NCBI RefSeq assembly: GCF_009914755.1
Contig: NC_060935.1
From: the human T2T-CHM13v2.0 reference genome, Homo sapiens
Length of the DNA stretch: 64,000 nt
Direction: 5' to 3' (one strand)
The first letter of the stretch is position 1. Each line of letters begins with the position of its first letter. Below are positions 37,961 through 55,950 of the stretch, piece by piece. The position numbers and the translations under genes were made by a program. Below the pieces are notes generated by a model, which saw nothing but the letters and a program-made list of their open reading frames with translations, had not been told where the DNA came from and did no database searches.

Positions 37961-39244
37961 AAGGATACACATGGAACAGAGTTTATGGTCCTCAGTCTCT
38001 CTCATTCTTCAACTCTTCCCACTTCCTCACTTCCACATTCTGTACCTAAAGCTCTTCGTTGGATTCTCTTACTCCTTACTCAACCTTCTGTAAAAAGAAA
38101 AACCTCAAACATAAAATTTCAGGTATTATTCTGGAGTGAGGGATGGGTATTGAATTCTTAAGGATGTGACCTTGAACACTGCTATCTTCTTCTTTTTCAC
38201 CTGTAAAATGGGGATGTTGGGATAAACTACAGTCAAATATATGTTGTCTATAAAGCCTGAAAAATGCATCAAAAATAGTAATTTACTGAGTTTCAGAGGA
38301 ATTTCCTCAGATCAAAACCTGCTTGGGTATGTTTCCCAGTTTTCTCCACCCCAAGGACCCTTTTAATTTAATTTTTGCTCTTCAGGATTCTGTTTTCAAA
38401 ATGCTAATAATTAACTTGATTCTGTTTAAATACATAGCTTTGATTTATGATCTCTGAATAGCAAGAGACACACTGAGTCTTAATGATATGACGGAGTACT
38501 CCTATATAAGGCTGTTAGAACTTCTGAAATACTTCAAATTGCTCTCTGTTGTAATTTTTGGAGACCCTGGGATCTGAAGACACTGTCCTGGGCAACACAG
38601 ATATCAGAGATACCCACTCCAAGCACAAGAAGTGTTGCTTTAAATATTCTTTGTAATCTTCTTGTACATATATTGTTCTTTACTGAGCAACGTTTCTGGG
38701 TTTACCTGATTTTGTACCCTGCACAACTTTGCAAACTGACCATGTCCTTATTAGATTAGCACTGGATAGGATTTTGATCACCTATATTCATCTAGTAAAA
38801 TCTTTAACCTATCTTTACATCAATTATCTTTTCCTATGCGAATTGTCTCAGGAGATGGTGAACATATGCAAGGAATTAATCAAAGAGAGTGAATGTATCC
38901 AGAGTTTTTTCTCTTTTTCTCTAGCTTATCAAATGTCAACAAGGTAAGTTTTCAGGATAAATTTTATCATGAATAAGAAAAGCAATCCACAACTCCTTGT
39001 TCTTTACTGGAAATGGTAGATTACATAGAGTACATTTAATTATGTCTGCCTGTGTCACCAGAATGTAATAAAAAAGTAAAGAGTTTCAGTGCAACCAATT
39101 GATCAACAATTTGACTTATTGTCACTGAATTGACCAGTTATATTCATGTTTGGGGGATGTTATCTGTGAGAGCTTATATTTTAAAAATATTTCCATTAAA
39201 TCTAACTCACCTTGGATAACATATCTGAGATATTGTATTAGAGG

Positions 39245-39660
39245 GTTTTTTTATTTTTGAATCTTTTTTTCATTTTTATTTTTATTTTAAGTTCTGGGGT
39301 ACTTGTGCATGATGTTCAGGTTTGCTACATAGGTAAATGTGTTTCATGGTGGTTTTCTGCGCCTATCAACCCATCACCTAAGTATTAAGCCCAGCATGCA
39401 TTAGCTATTTTTCCTAATGCTCTCCCTCCCCTCACTCCACCCCCTGACAGGCCCCAGTGTGTGTTACTCCTCTCACTGTATCCATGTGTCCTCATAGTTC
39501 AGCTCCCACTTGTAAGTGAGAAGATATAGTGTTTGGTTTTCTGTTCCTGCACTAATTTGCTGAGGATAATGACTCTGCATTCGTTTGCTGAGGATGATGG
39601 CTTCCAGCTCCATCCATGTCCCTGCAAAGGACATGATCTCATTCCTTTTTATGGCTATTC
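39245..39660 (-). mobile_element. L1PA (L1PA7/8-like) 3'UTR fragment
   Basis: Poly-T followed by TTAAGTTCTGGGGTAC...CCCATCACCTAAGTATTAAGCCCAGCATGCATTAGC; absent from the paralogous block. Confidence 0.92.
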
Positions 39661-40105
39661 TAAGAGTAAACAGAAAGATTTCCAAGTTAACAAAACCATA
39701 ATGGAAATAAAAATAAGATTTTCTTAGTTTGACATCCAAGCCTGAGTGAAAGAACCATTTATTAATGTGTTAGACACAAACTTGTTGAGTTCTGCAAATA
39801 TTAGTATATACAATGCTTAGCATTAAGTAACCAAACGTCTCTACTTATAGGTGTGCTCTGTATAGTCAGCTTTCTCAGCTTGAGGGTACTTGGTTGTACT
39901 GGAACAAAAAGCAGCATCAGGAGTTGACAATTCAGCTGTGTGGGAGATAACACAATACTACAAGATAGAAAGAAGTACAATCATTTGTCAACAATATCTT
40001 TAGTCTGGTTTAGAAATCATAAATAATTTTATTAAGAGGTCCTTGATACTTCAGTACTAGTTCTTCCTTTATTCCCCTTTAAGAGAGAAGTGATGATGGG
40101 AATGA

Positions 40106-40430
<325 letters not shown>

Positions 40431-40821
40431 GAGGCCTTATTGTTTTAAGCCCTTTATGTCATTTCCATCCTTGCAACAACGCTTTGAGGTTTAATGATTA
40501 TCAGCTTCACATATAGATGAAGCAACTGAGGTAAAGAGAAGTTAATCATGTGCTAAACATCGCACAGCCTGCAAGTAAGATTCAGGAAAGTCTACTCTCT
40601 CACATTCTATCTCTTTCTCCCCCTTTTTCTCTGTCCTCTCTCTCTCTTCCTTCTTCTCCCCCTTTCTCCACCCTATTAATGATTTTTACATTTAATAATA
40701 TTTTTATCATAAATGCAGAAGCTGTAGGAAAACAAGAGAATACAGATAAGTATAAAGAAGAAAATCAAAATGATACCATCCATTAATTTTAATGTTTGAC
40801 ATTATAAATGGTTTGTAAGGA

Positions 40822-40859
<38 letters not shown>

Positions 40860-40878
40860 GACAGAGAGAGAGAAGAGA
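40822..40878. repeat. (TG)n(AG)n compound microsatellite
   Basis: gtgtgtgtgtgtttgtgtg...acagagagagagaagagag. Confidence 0.93.
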
Positions 40879-42613
40879 GCGGGGGATTGGAGAGAGAGCT
40901 CATGCATGCAAAAGAGTTTATAAAAAGCACATAATTTTTCTCCAGAAAAGTAGAATTACCTTGTGCACTCATCAGTGGTCATATGAGTGCCCATTCCTTA
41001 CTGATTTATGCAATATCTTATATATTAAGGTAATAATTATATTGTCTTTTTCTGTCTTATCACTATTTTCCCCCATTCATCAACTGTCTTTCAAATATGC
41101 TTTATGTAAGAGTTTTTCTGCCGTAACCAAGTTTTAAATTGCTTTGCCATATTTTTTCTCTTATAATTTCTGTTTTAGTGTTATTTTTCAGGAATATCAC
41201 TTCCATCCCAAGATTATATAAATACACATCTATTTATTCCTCAAATACTCTTTTACCCATAGTGAGGCAGGTCTCACAGACCATTTATAGAAGAGTTTGT
41301 TCTTTCACTGTCAACCAAAAATACTTTTTCATATATAAAATTCTTACCAACACACATTTATTTATGAAATTTTTATTTGTTCTTTTGGCATGTCTATTAT
41401 TATAAGAATAATGAATTATCAATGTTCAAAATACTTTTTAATATCTGAAAGTTAAAATCCTTTCTAATTATTCATCTTTTTCAAAATTGTCTTGGCTATT
41501 ATCTATCATTGGTTTGCTCTTTGATCTCAAGAAAGGACAGTCTGAGTATGGAGCAGAGTGAATGTACACTATCTATGCATACCTTTGGTTGCTGCAATTA
41601 CTTTTACACCAACCTAATACTATAAGTCTGTTGGTAAGCTCTGACTTGCTGATTGAATCTACCAAAAAATAAAAAGATATACCTCTGTATTATTAGAGAA
41701 TTGAAATATTTACTTTGACCTTTTTCCTAGTTCAAGATCCATCATAATTTGATGCTGGTTTTCCACTGACCTAGTGTACCCAAAGTCAAGCAAACTGAAG
41801 AAAAAATGGCTTATATCATTATGGCTCTAGGTGGCTTGACTGGCATGGACACTAGGTCTCAATCTACACCTGCCTGGAGGCAATGAGGCCTGGCTGTCTA
41901 TAGGGCTGATGTTGTCTCATGAATTTCCTCAAATTAACCCATGAAAATATTACTTTTCACATTCCTACCCACAGGTATACCTGTCACTCATGATTATCTG
42001 TAAGCAGTCCATGATAACAATAGCCATTCTCTGTTGAACAATTGCTGTATACGTAAATGTGTGCTAAGTTTTTGCATGAATTTTCACTTACAGCCTTCCC
42101 AGTAACCTGGGAAGTTAGAAGCTTTTATTGTCCTTACATTATTAGTAGTAAATTAAGCTTAATGTTTTTATGTCACTGGTACAAGTTAATAGAAGAAGAA
42201 GGTATTGGAAATAAACTCCAAAGTCTGAACCCTTAGCCACATTACTATGCTGTTTCCCAGATACTCTAAAATTGAAACAATAGTTGGGGCCAAGAGTGAG
42301 CTGCACTAGCCTCCTTCTGGAATGCTTTGTATTAAGGCTTCCCTGAGAAAACTTATTCCAAAACTTTATTGGACACCCACGCTCTGTCTGCCTCAAAATA
42401 TTATCAGAATTTATGATATTATTGTTAAGGCCAGTTTGGATATGTTATATTAAATACATTTTTATTAAAATAGGAGAAGTTATTATAAACAGGGAAAGCA
42501 ATTTTTCTAAAGGGTAAAATAAAAAGTATTTTAAATCTACTTAGATAACAATCCAGGGCAGGACTGTTGTCCATCAAATATATTTTGGAAGGATGCCATT
42601 TAAACTTTCATAA

Positions 42614-42922
<309 letters not shown>

Positions 42923-43269
42923 TAATTTTAAAGCAACAGTTATATAATGAATCACCAGAGGTCTTTTTGAAGAAAAACTATTATCTTAATTAGTGATCTT
43001 TACCTTATACGTAATACTCTCAGCATTTCTATAGCATATTTTTTAAAAATTACCAGTCAACTTTTAAAATATATTTTTAATTCTCATGATACTCCATGAA
43101 TTAATCAAGAACCTGAAGCATTGTGCAGGTACATGCTGACAATTCAAGAAAGGCTGGGGTCTTTCCATCAGAAGAGTGAAACATTTGTCCATTTCCAGTG
43201 CTTGTTGGAAGAAAAGATGTACACATATGAAGACGGTAATGTTATCACTTCAACTGAGTTAGCAATCCA

Positions 43270-43295
43270 TTCTCTTGTCTCCTTTCTGATATTAG
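43270..43295 (+). other. Splice acceptor of the OR5AN1 coding exon
   Basis: Pyrimidine tract TTCTCTTGTCTCCTTTCTGATATTAG ending 13 nt before the ATG. Confidence 0.7.
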
Positions 43296-43308
43296 GAGCA
43301 CTGAGCCA

Positions 43309-44244
43309 ATGACTGGGGGAGGAAATATTACAGAAATCACCTATTTCATCCTGCTGGGATTCTCAGATTTTCCCAGGATCATAAAAGTGCTCTTCACTAT
43401 ATTCCTGGTGATCTACATTACATCTCTGGCCTGGAACCTCTCCCTCATTGTTTTAATAAGGATGGATTCCCACCTCCATACACCCATGTATTTCTTCCTC
43501 AGTAACCTGTCCTTCATAGATGTCTGCTATATCAGCTCCACAGTCCCCAAGATGCTCTCCAACCTCTTACAGGAACAGCAAACTATCACTTTTGTTGGTT
43601 GTATTATTCAGTACTTTATCTTTTCAACGATGGGACTGAGTGAGTCTTGTCTCATGACAGCCATGGCTTATGATCGTTATGCTGCCATTTGTAACCCCCT
43701 GCTCTATTCATCCATCATGTCACCCACCCTCTGTGTTTGGATGGTACTGGGAGCCTACATGACTGGCCTCACTGCTTCTTTATTCCAAATTGGTGCTTTG
43801 CTTCAACTCCACTTCTGTGGGTCTAATGTCATCAGACATTTCTTCTGTGACATGCCCCAACTGTTAATCTTGTCCTGTACTGACACTTTCTTTGTACAGG
43901 TCATGACTGCTATATTAACCATGTTCTTTGGGATAGCAAGTGCCCTAGTTATCATGATATCCTATGGCTATATTGGCATCTCCATCATGAAGATCACTTC
44001 AGCTAAAGGCAGGTCCAAGGCATTCAACACCTGTGCTTCTCATCTAACAGCTGTTTCCCTCTTCTATACATCAGGAATCTTTGTCTATTTGAGTTCCAGC
44101 TCTGGAGGTTCTTCAAGCTTTGACAGATTTGCATCTGTTTTCTACACTGTGGTCATTCCCATGTTAAATCCCTTCATTTACAGTTTGAGGAACAAAGAAA
44201 TTAAAGATGCCTTAAAGAGGTTGCAAAAGAGAAAGTGCTGCTGA
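43309..44244 (+). CDS. OR5AN1: Olfactory receptor 5AN1 (muscone / macrocyclic musk receptor), 311 aa, intact
   Basis: Intronless 7TM ORF with N-glycosylation site NIT, LHTPMYFFLSNLS, MAYDRYAAIC, HFFCD, KAFNTCASH, PMLNPFIYSLRN; N-terminus MTGGGNITEITYF and C-terminus KRKCC recognised. Confidence 0.96.
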   Translation: MTGGGNITEITYFILLGFSDFPRIIKVLFTIFLVIYITSLAWNLSLIVLIRMDSHLHTPMYFFLSNLSFIDVCYISSTVPKMLSNLLQEQQTITFVGCIIQYFIFSTMGLSESCLMTAMAYDRYAAICNPLLYSSIMSPTLCVWMVLGAYMTGLTASLFQIGALLQLHFCGSNVIRHFFCDMPQLLILSCTDTFFVQVMTAILTMFFGIASALVIMISYGYIGISIMKITSAKGRSKAFNTCASHLTAVSLFYTSGIFVYLSSSSGGSSSFDRFASVFYTVVIPMLNPFIYSLRNKEIKDALKRLQKRKCC

Positions 44245-44671
44245 GTTTACAGATTCTGGGATTTCTGCCAGATATGGCCCATCAGAATCTCCCTAACCCA
44301 CAAAATATGATAATGAATGGACTATAACAAAATTCATGCTGCCTACTGCCTTTGGACAAAGAAGGCTTGATTTGATGCACAAAATATGCCAATATGGACC
44401 AACAGATGACTCAATGCCACAGACATCAGGATCTTTAGGTCCTGGAGGTTCATTATTTTTATCCTACATCAGGATAAATAATGTGGCCTCATCATTTATG
44501 AATTTGTCCAAAATTATTTGTGAAACAACAAGATTTAGAAATCTTTTGTTTCCTGTGGCTTCTCAGATCAAAGATGGCTCAATGTTAGGACTTTGCCACT
44601 ACAGAAATGAGGCCTGGCACAGACCCCCAGGAGTTCAGAAACATCATCTCCCATATATGCTGATACAGCAT

Positions 44672-44729
44672 AATAAAGACATGGTGGTAACCATTGTTTA
44701 TTCTGTGTTTCTGGATGGGAAAGAATAAA
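44672..44729 (+). terminator. Candidate polyadenylation signals of OR5AN1
   Basis: AATAAA at 44672-44677 (followed by GT-rich sequence) and at 44724-44729. Confidence 0.4.
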
Positions 44730-45409
44730 CAGACAGAGGGGTTCTGCCATTGGAAAGGGAAAAAAAAGCAATATATTGGCCTGGTTGTGTCTTTAAGAAA
44801 GAGCAACATGAGATAGCTGCAGTTTGCCTAAGACCTCTCTCAGCTAATCATCTAATACATTTTTGGCAATTTCCTTGCCTACACCAGCTGTAGCATAAGA
44901 AAGAAGGAGGTGATTTTAATCATGAAGTGGGATAGAAACAAGGATATGGTTCCTGCAATCATATTTACTTATGAGTCTGATGATTTGATTTCTTGTATCT
45001 AGAGTCTAGTGGGAAATTATAATGGAGATGATATTCAAAGTTCACAGCCAATAGCAACATCTGATACTGTGGGACTCAAACTTTCTTTTTCTCCCCCATT
45101 AAATTTAGAAAATTTACTCTTGTTTGACTGGGTAACTATTGAATCCAGGAGAGGATGAAAGAAACATGGGTCAAATATATTTCAGTCAAGCTCAACCTAG
45201 ACAAGCTAACCTGCAGTCATGTTCAGAGAAGTCATGCATTTAAGCCTACTCTACATCAGCCAGTCCCAGCTGATCTCCAGATGATCTGAGGATATGTGAG
45301 TGATAATAAATGAATGTTGCAGTCAGCACTGGATTTTGCAGTTTGTTATACAGCAGTAGTTAACCAATATACTTCATAATTTAAAATTAAAAATTTTCTC
45401 CTTGTCCAA

Positions 45410-45630
45410 ACTGCCTGGCGTAAAATTCAGGCTCTGCCACCCCCAAGGTGTGTGATGCTGGGCAAGCCACACAATCTTTTGTGCCTCAGTTTTCTCATTT
45501 GTAAAATTGAGATATTATATATCTATTTTGGAGTTGTTTAGGATTATTGAGCTGATACTTATTCAAAACTCAGAATAGGGACCCCAGCATATAATAAACG
45601 CTATACGTGAATCATGTATTATTATTTATT
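45410..45630. mobile_element. MIR
   Basis: TGTGTGATGCTGGGCAAG...GTGCCTCAGTTTTCTCATTTGTAAAATTGAGAT. Confidence 0.8.
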
Positions 45631-46007
45631 GAGTGCTTTCTATGTTCAAAGAATTTAAATGGTTTCAGTTGAGCTAAGTTTTACTGTTATACCAACTTCA
45701 CAGATGAATAAACTTAGGCCAGAGGAATTCAGAAACACAGCTAATAAGTGAAGGGGTGGGAATCCAAACTAACATTGCAGATATCAAAGCCTCCTCCCTT
45801 CTTCAATACCCCTTAATGTATAAGGTGCCAAATTGCTTATTAATATACAAGGTACATATGAATAAAATAAAGCAATATTTATGAGATGTAGCCAATGCTA
45901 AAATCAGAAGTAACAATCTTTTGAAAAGAAATACAATAAAGTAACAAAGCTGTGAATCAGAAAAAAATTGAAAAAAGAATGCCAATTCAAACCTTAAGAA
46001 AACTAGA

Positions 46008-49000
46008 GGAGAAGTGGAGGAGTGGGCAAGATGGCTGACCAGAAGCAGCTAGTGTGTGTGGCTGTCATGGAAAGGAACAGAAGGGGTGAGCATTAGGTAT
46101 TTGCAACCCTCAAGTCAGGAGATCTCCTTGTGAACCCACTCCACCAGGGCTTTCAGTCTTCAGTCTAATACACAGAGCTATGTGGAGTCTTGGCAGAGCA
46201 GCCACTCAGGCCAGCATGGAGTCCTCGAAGGCTTAGATACTTGGGTTTTCTGGTAAAAGTAGCTGCAGCCCCAGCAAAGTTGGAGGTTAGACTCCTGTAT
46301 ATAACCCTAGGAAAGAGGCTGAATCCAGGGGTGTTAACAGCAACAACCCACAGGCCCCACTTCCATGCCACCTCACAAGATAAGATCCACTGGCTTGGAA
46401 TTCCAGACAGCTACCAGTAGTGGCATTGTACCTCCCTAAGAAGGAGCTCAAAGGGAAGAGCTGGGCTGTCATCTTTGCTGTTCAGATGCCTTAGCTGTTC
46501 CGGCCTTTGGGCTTTGAAGAATCTGAGCTGACCCAGGGTGGAAGAGAAACCCCAGCCTAGCACAACACAGCTGCTCTACCCAAACATAGCCAGACTATGC
46601 TTTAGGTGGGTGTCCAATCCCATTCCTCTTCACTGGGCAGGACCTCCCAACTGGGGCCTGCAGCCACCCCCACCAAGCTCTCCAGGTGACAAAGATTTGA
46701 ATTATCCCTGAGATGGCACTCACAGAGGGAGAAGTGGGTTACCATCTTTGCTGTTTTAATGACTTAGCAACTCCAGCCTTTGGGCTTTGAAGTATCTGAG
46801 ACGACTGAGGACTGAAGTAGACCCCCAACACAGCACAGCTGTTCTACCAAAACGTGGCCAGACTGCTTTTTCAAGTGGTTCCTAATCCTGTTCCTCCTCA
46901 CTGGGTGGAACCTCTCAACTAGGCTCTCCAGCCACTTCCTACAGCTGCTTTGGGCCACCAAAACTGCATACCTCCCTGGGACAAAGCTCTCAGAGGAAGG
47001 GACAAGCCACTGTCTTTGCTGTTTCACAGCCTTCACTGGTGACACCTCCAGGTTCTGGGAAATCTGAGGTGACCAGCTACTGGAGCAGCCCCCAAGCATA
47101 AAACAGCAGCCCTATGGAAAAGTGGCCAGAGTGTTTCGTGGGTTTCCATTCCCATATCTTCTCACCAGGAAGATCTTCAGGCCTGGGCTTCCAGCCACCA
47201 CCAGCCAGAACTATCAAGCCAGTATCAAATCACCAACTCCCTAGACAGAGCTTCCGAGGTCAACAGAAAGTTTCTATGCCACTGCCTCTGCAGTGGAACT
47301 GCCCTTGACACGCTCCAACTAATGAATGAGCAAAGACACTAAGTGCTTTATCCACACCTCTAATAATCTGTAGTCAACCCAAGGAGAAGAGGCTGGTCTG
47401 TCTCCCACGGGTCCCACACACCCCCCACCACTCATCACCAGACAAAGAACCCCTGGCTTGGGCCCACAACACATACCCTCTATCTTGGGCTGGCTGCACT
47501 GAGCGATTGCTGACCTGCATCTCTCTGGGGTGGAGCCCCCAGGAGTCAAACAAATGACCCTTAGCCACAACCATTACGAAGATCTCTTCCACTGCTGTCT
47601 CTAAGCTGGGGAAGGAACGTAAACACAAAGATCTCCCCAGAGCTGCAGCAGGCAGCCCAGGAGTGCTGAATCAGGAACTACAGGCAGCACTCAGGGGGAG
47701 AGGAAACCACACGTTCTGAGCACTGAGAGGGAACACAGCTGCAAATGTGAGGAAACATAGGGGAGCCACACAACAGAACAAGAGTCTTCCAGCTGTCCTG
47801 TAAGCCTAGGTATCACCTACTGAATCACACCTCAAAACTTCAACACCAAAAATATCTCACTAATATATCCCCCTCTGAAACAAGAGATAAGAAGTGAGCA
47901 TCAAACACAGACCCTACACAAAGCCTTGGCCCAGTGAAAACATCCAGAAAATAAGTTGATTGACTATACTCAAACTACTCTGCAGTTAAAGAAACACCCA
48001 CATGCAGAGATGAGAAAAAAAAAAACAATGTAAGAACTCTGGTAACTCAAATGGCCAAAATATCATATGTCCTCCAAATGATCACACCAGTTCTCCAGCA
48101 AAGGTCCTTAACCAGGCCAAACTGGCTAGAATGACAGAAATAGAATTCAGAATATGGATAGAAAAAAAAAGATCATGGAAATTCAGGAGGATGGCAAAAT
48201 CCAATCCAAGAAAAATAAGAATCACAATAAAGTGACACAGAAGCTGAAAGAAAAATAGCCAGTATAAAAAAGCACTTAGTGGGTCTGACAGAGCTGAATA
48301 GCGCAATACAAGAATTCCACAATGCAATCAAAAGTATTAAGAGCAGAATAAACCAAGCTGAGGAAACAATCTCAGAACTTGATGCTGGTTCTCTGAAATA
48401 AGACAGTCAGACACAAATAAAGAAAAAAAAAGAAATAAACAAAGCCTCCAAGAAGTATGGGTTATGTAAACAGGCCAAATCTACAAGTAATTGGCATCAC
48501 TGAAAGGGAGGGGAAGGAAGAAAACAACTTGGAAAATATATTTCAGAATATTGTCCATGAAAATATCCCCAACCTTGCTAGAGAGGACAACAGTCAAATT
48601 CAGTAAATACAGAGAAGTCCTTCAAGATTCTACACAAGAAGATAATCACCAAGACACATGATCATTATGTTTTCCAAGGTCAAAATAAAAGAATGTTAAA
48701 GGCAGCTATAAGGAAAGGGTGAGTCATCTACAAAGGGATCCCCATCAGGCTAACAGCAGACCTCTCCACTGGTACCCTACAAGCCAGAAGAGTTTGGGGT
48801 TTTGTCTTCCACATCCTTAAAGAAAATAGTCTTCAACCAAGAATTTCATATCTAGCCAAACTAAGCTCCTAAGTGAAGGAATAATACAATCCTTCTCAGA
48901 TAAGCAAATGTTGAGGGACTTCATTACCACCAGACCTGCCTTACAAGAGATCTTGAAAGGAGCAGTAAATATAGAAAGGAAAAACTGCTACCAGCTAATA

Positions 49001-49268
49001 CAAAAACACAGTTAAACACAGAAACCAATGTCACTATGAAGCAACCACACAAACAAGTAAACATAATAACCAGCTGACAGCACAATGACAGAATCAAATG
49101 CACACATATCAATATTAACCTTGAATGTAAATGGGCTAAATGCCCCACTAAAAAGGCACAGAGTGGCAAGCAGGATAAAAAAGGAAGACCCAATGGTATG
49201 CTGTCTTCAAGAGACCCGTCTCACATGTAAGACACACACAGGCTCAAAATAAAGGGAAGGAGAAACTT
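46008..49268 (+). mobile_element. L1PA13-16-like 5' half (5'UTR, ORF1, start of ORF2), 3'-truncated
   Basis: CAAGATGGCTGACCAGAAGCAGCT start; degraded ORF1 at about 48010-49010; ORF2 start ATGACAGAATCAAATGCACACATATC near 49085. Confidence 0.9.
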
Positions 49269-50879
49269 CCATGGCTGATTTGTTACTGTTGCTGCCAAAT
49301 GTCACAGACTGAAAGAATCAAAATTGTAAAAATTTCTATTCTAACCAATTAATGTATGAATTATGTGAAATACCAATCAAAATCACAACATGCTTGTGGA
49401 AACTAAAAGTTGATTATGAAATTAATACAGAAAAGAGCAAAGTATATCCAAGATATTCTTGCCCTTACAAATATCAATGTATTCAGAAGCTATATAAGTG
49501 ACATAAGCAAGATGGGGAGTCAGGGATCTCAGCCCTCATCACCCACAGAAAACAACTGGACAGCTATCTGTGCATGAAAATTGCTATAGGAAGGCTCTGC
49601 AGTCCAGTTAAGGAGCTGCAGCAACACAGTGAAGACAAGTGAATGAACGTGTTAGTCAGAGTTCTCCAGAGAGACAAAACCAATAGGATACATCAGAGGA
49701 GTTCCTGAACTCCTTAAAATTGTTGGAAAAATATTCTGTATATATACATCTTTTTTGATCAAAGCTTTACATCATTTGGATTCACAAGAAGGACCATGAG
49801 ATAACCTCTGTGATAGCTCTAGGCTGTTATCTTGTAGGCTTTTTCTTTTCACATGTCCATGTGTTATCTACACACAATTGGGTTCTTTTGCTTTAATATT
49901 TGTGTGTATGTGGAGTATTCCTTTTTCTTTTAAACAAAGGTAAGACTAGACTTTCTCTGAATATGCTATTTGGCAACTTGGTTTTTTTTTTTCCACTAAA
50001 GATAGCCTTCCAGGTCAGCACATAAAGATAAACATTTTTAATGTTTGCATAGTGTCCCTGCTTAATATTACATAGAGTAGCTGGGTCATAATTATTTAAT
50101 CAGTACTCAAAAACATAGTATGAGTGCAAAAATGTTCACTGATTTGGAGAGAAAGATTGTGTTATGGCAAGTTAGAAGAAACAGAATATGTGAAGGTGAG
50201 GAATTCAGAGGAACCTCTATAGGTCACCACCTTAGGGGAAAAAAAAGACAAAATAAGGATTGGAAAACTGCAGAATGTTTAAATTTGTTACCACCAAAGC
50301 TGAAAGCACAATTTGTGCAGAAGGAGTTACGGTACAGCTAAGGCTAACCTGCATCTATGCTCCAGCTTCCAGGACTCCTCCCTATGCCAGAGACATTATA
50401 ATAACAGAGAAAACAACAACAACAACAACTTACAAATAAAGGATGTAAAATGAATTATAATACAAGGCAAGGCCACATGTAGTCTAGCTAAGCCCATCTT
50501 GAGGGAAGGTCCAGGGACAAATTTGGAAAAAATTATAGGATAGGCAACAGATAAAGGTATGAAGTCATAAAGGAAAGAATTTGAGCAACATATTAAAGAG
50601 TAATACTGGTAACTGCCCTGGGTTTGCTTGCCTACCAGACACCCAATCTTGCAAGACTGACATTAAAAGTCTTGCCTCCACTGTTCTTTTTGTCTACAAC
50701 TCCATTCTTTGAGTTTGGATGGGTGAATGTGTTTCTTGCAATCGCTTTCTAAAGAAGGCATAAATGAATATTACTGCCATTCTCCAGCCTCTGTCCCTAT
50801 GATCTACCTCTGGCCTACATGCCTTGTTCTGGCCAAACAGAAAAGATGATTGAACTCCAGGGAATAAAAAAGCATGGTG

Positions 50880-55717
<4,838 letters not shown>

Positions 55718-55935
55718 GAACACAGATGCTGGCAAAGCTTCAAAGCAAAGGGACTGCTTATACAGTGTTGGTGGGAATGTAAATTAGTTCAGCCACTGTG
55801 GAAAGCAGTTCTGAGATTTCTCAAAGAACCTAAAACAGTTACCATTCAACCCAGCAATCCCATCACTGGTTACACATTCAAAAGAAAACAAATGGTTCTA
55901 CAAAAAGACACATGCACTTGTGTGTTCTTTGCAAG
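55718..55935 (+). mobile_element. Short older L1 ORF2 3' fragment
   Basis: CAGATGCTGGCAAAG...TGTTGGTGGGAATGTAAATTAGTTCAGCCACTGTGGAAAGCAG. Confidence 0.85.
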
Positions 55936-55950
55936 TTGCAAGAGCTGACT

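Noticed and set aside
39556-39600. Duplicated TTTGCTGAGGAT(A/G)ATG within an L1 3'UTR
   Set aside because: A small ~28-bp slippage duplication with no evident significance.
43121-43312. 63-aa ORF whose stop overlaps the OR5AN1 ATG
   Set aside because: Starts at TTG and lies mostly in the predicted intron upstream of the acceptor at 43295.
46440-47260. Roughly 270-bp imperfect tandem repeats
   Set aside because: They lie inside the 5'UTR of an older L1 and are most likely part of that family's own structure, not locus-specific.
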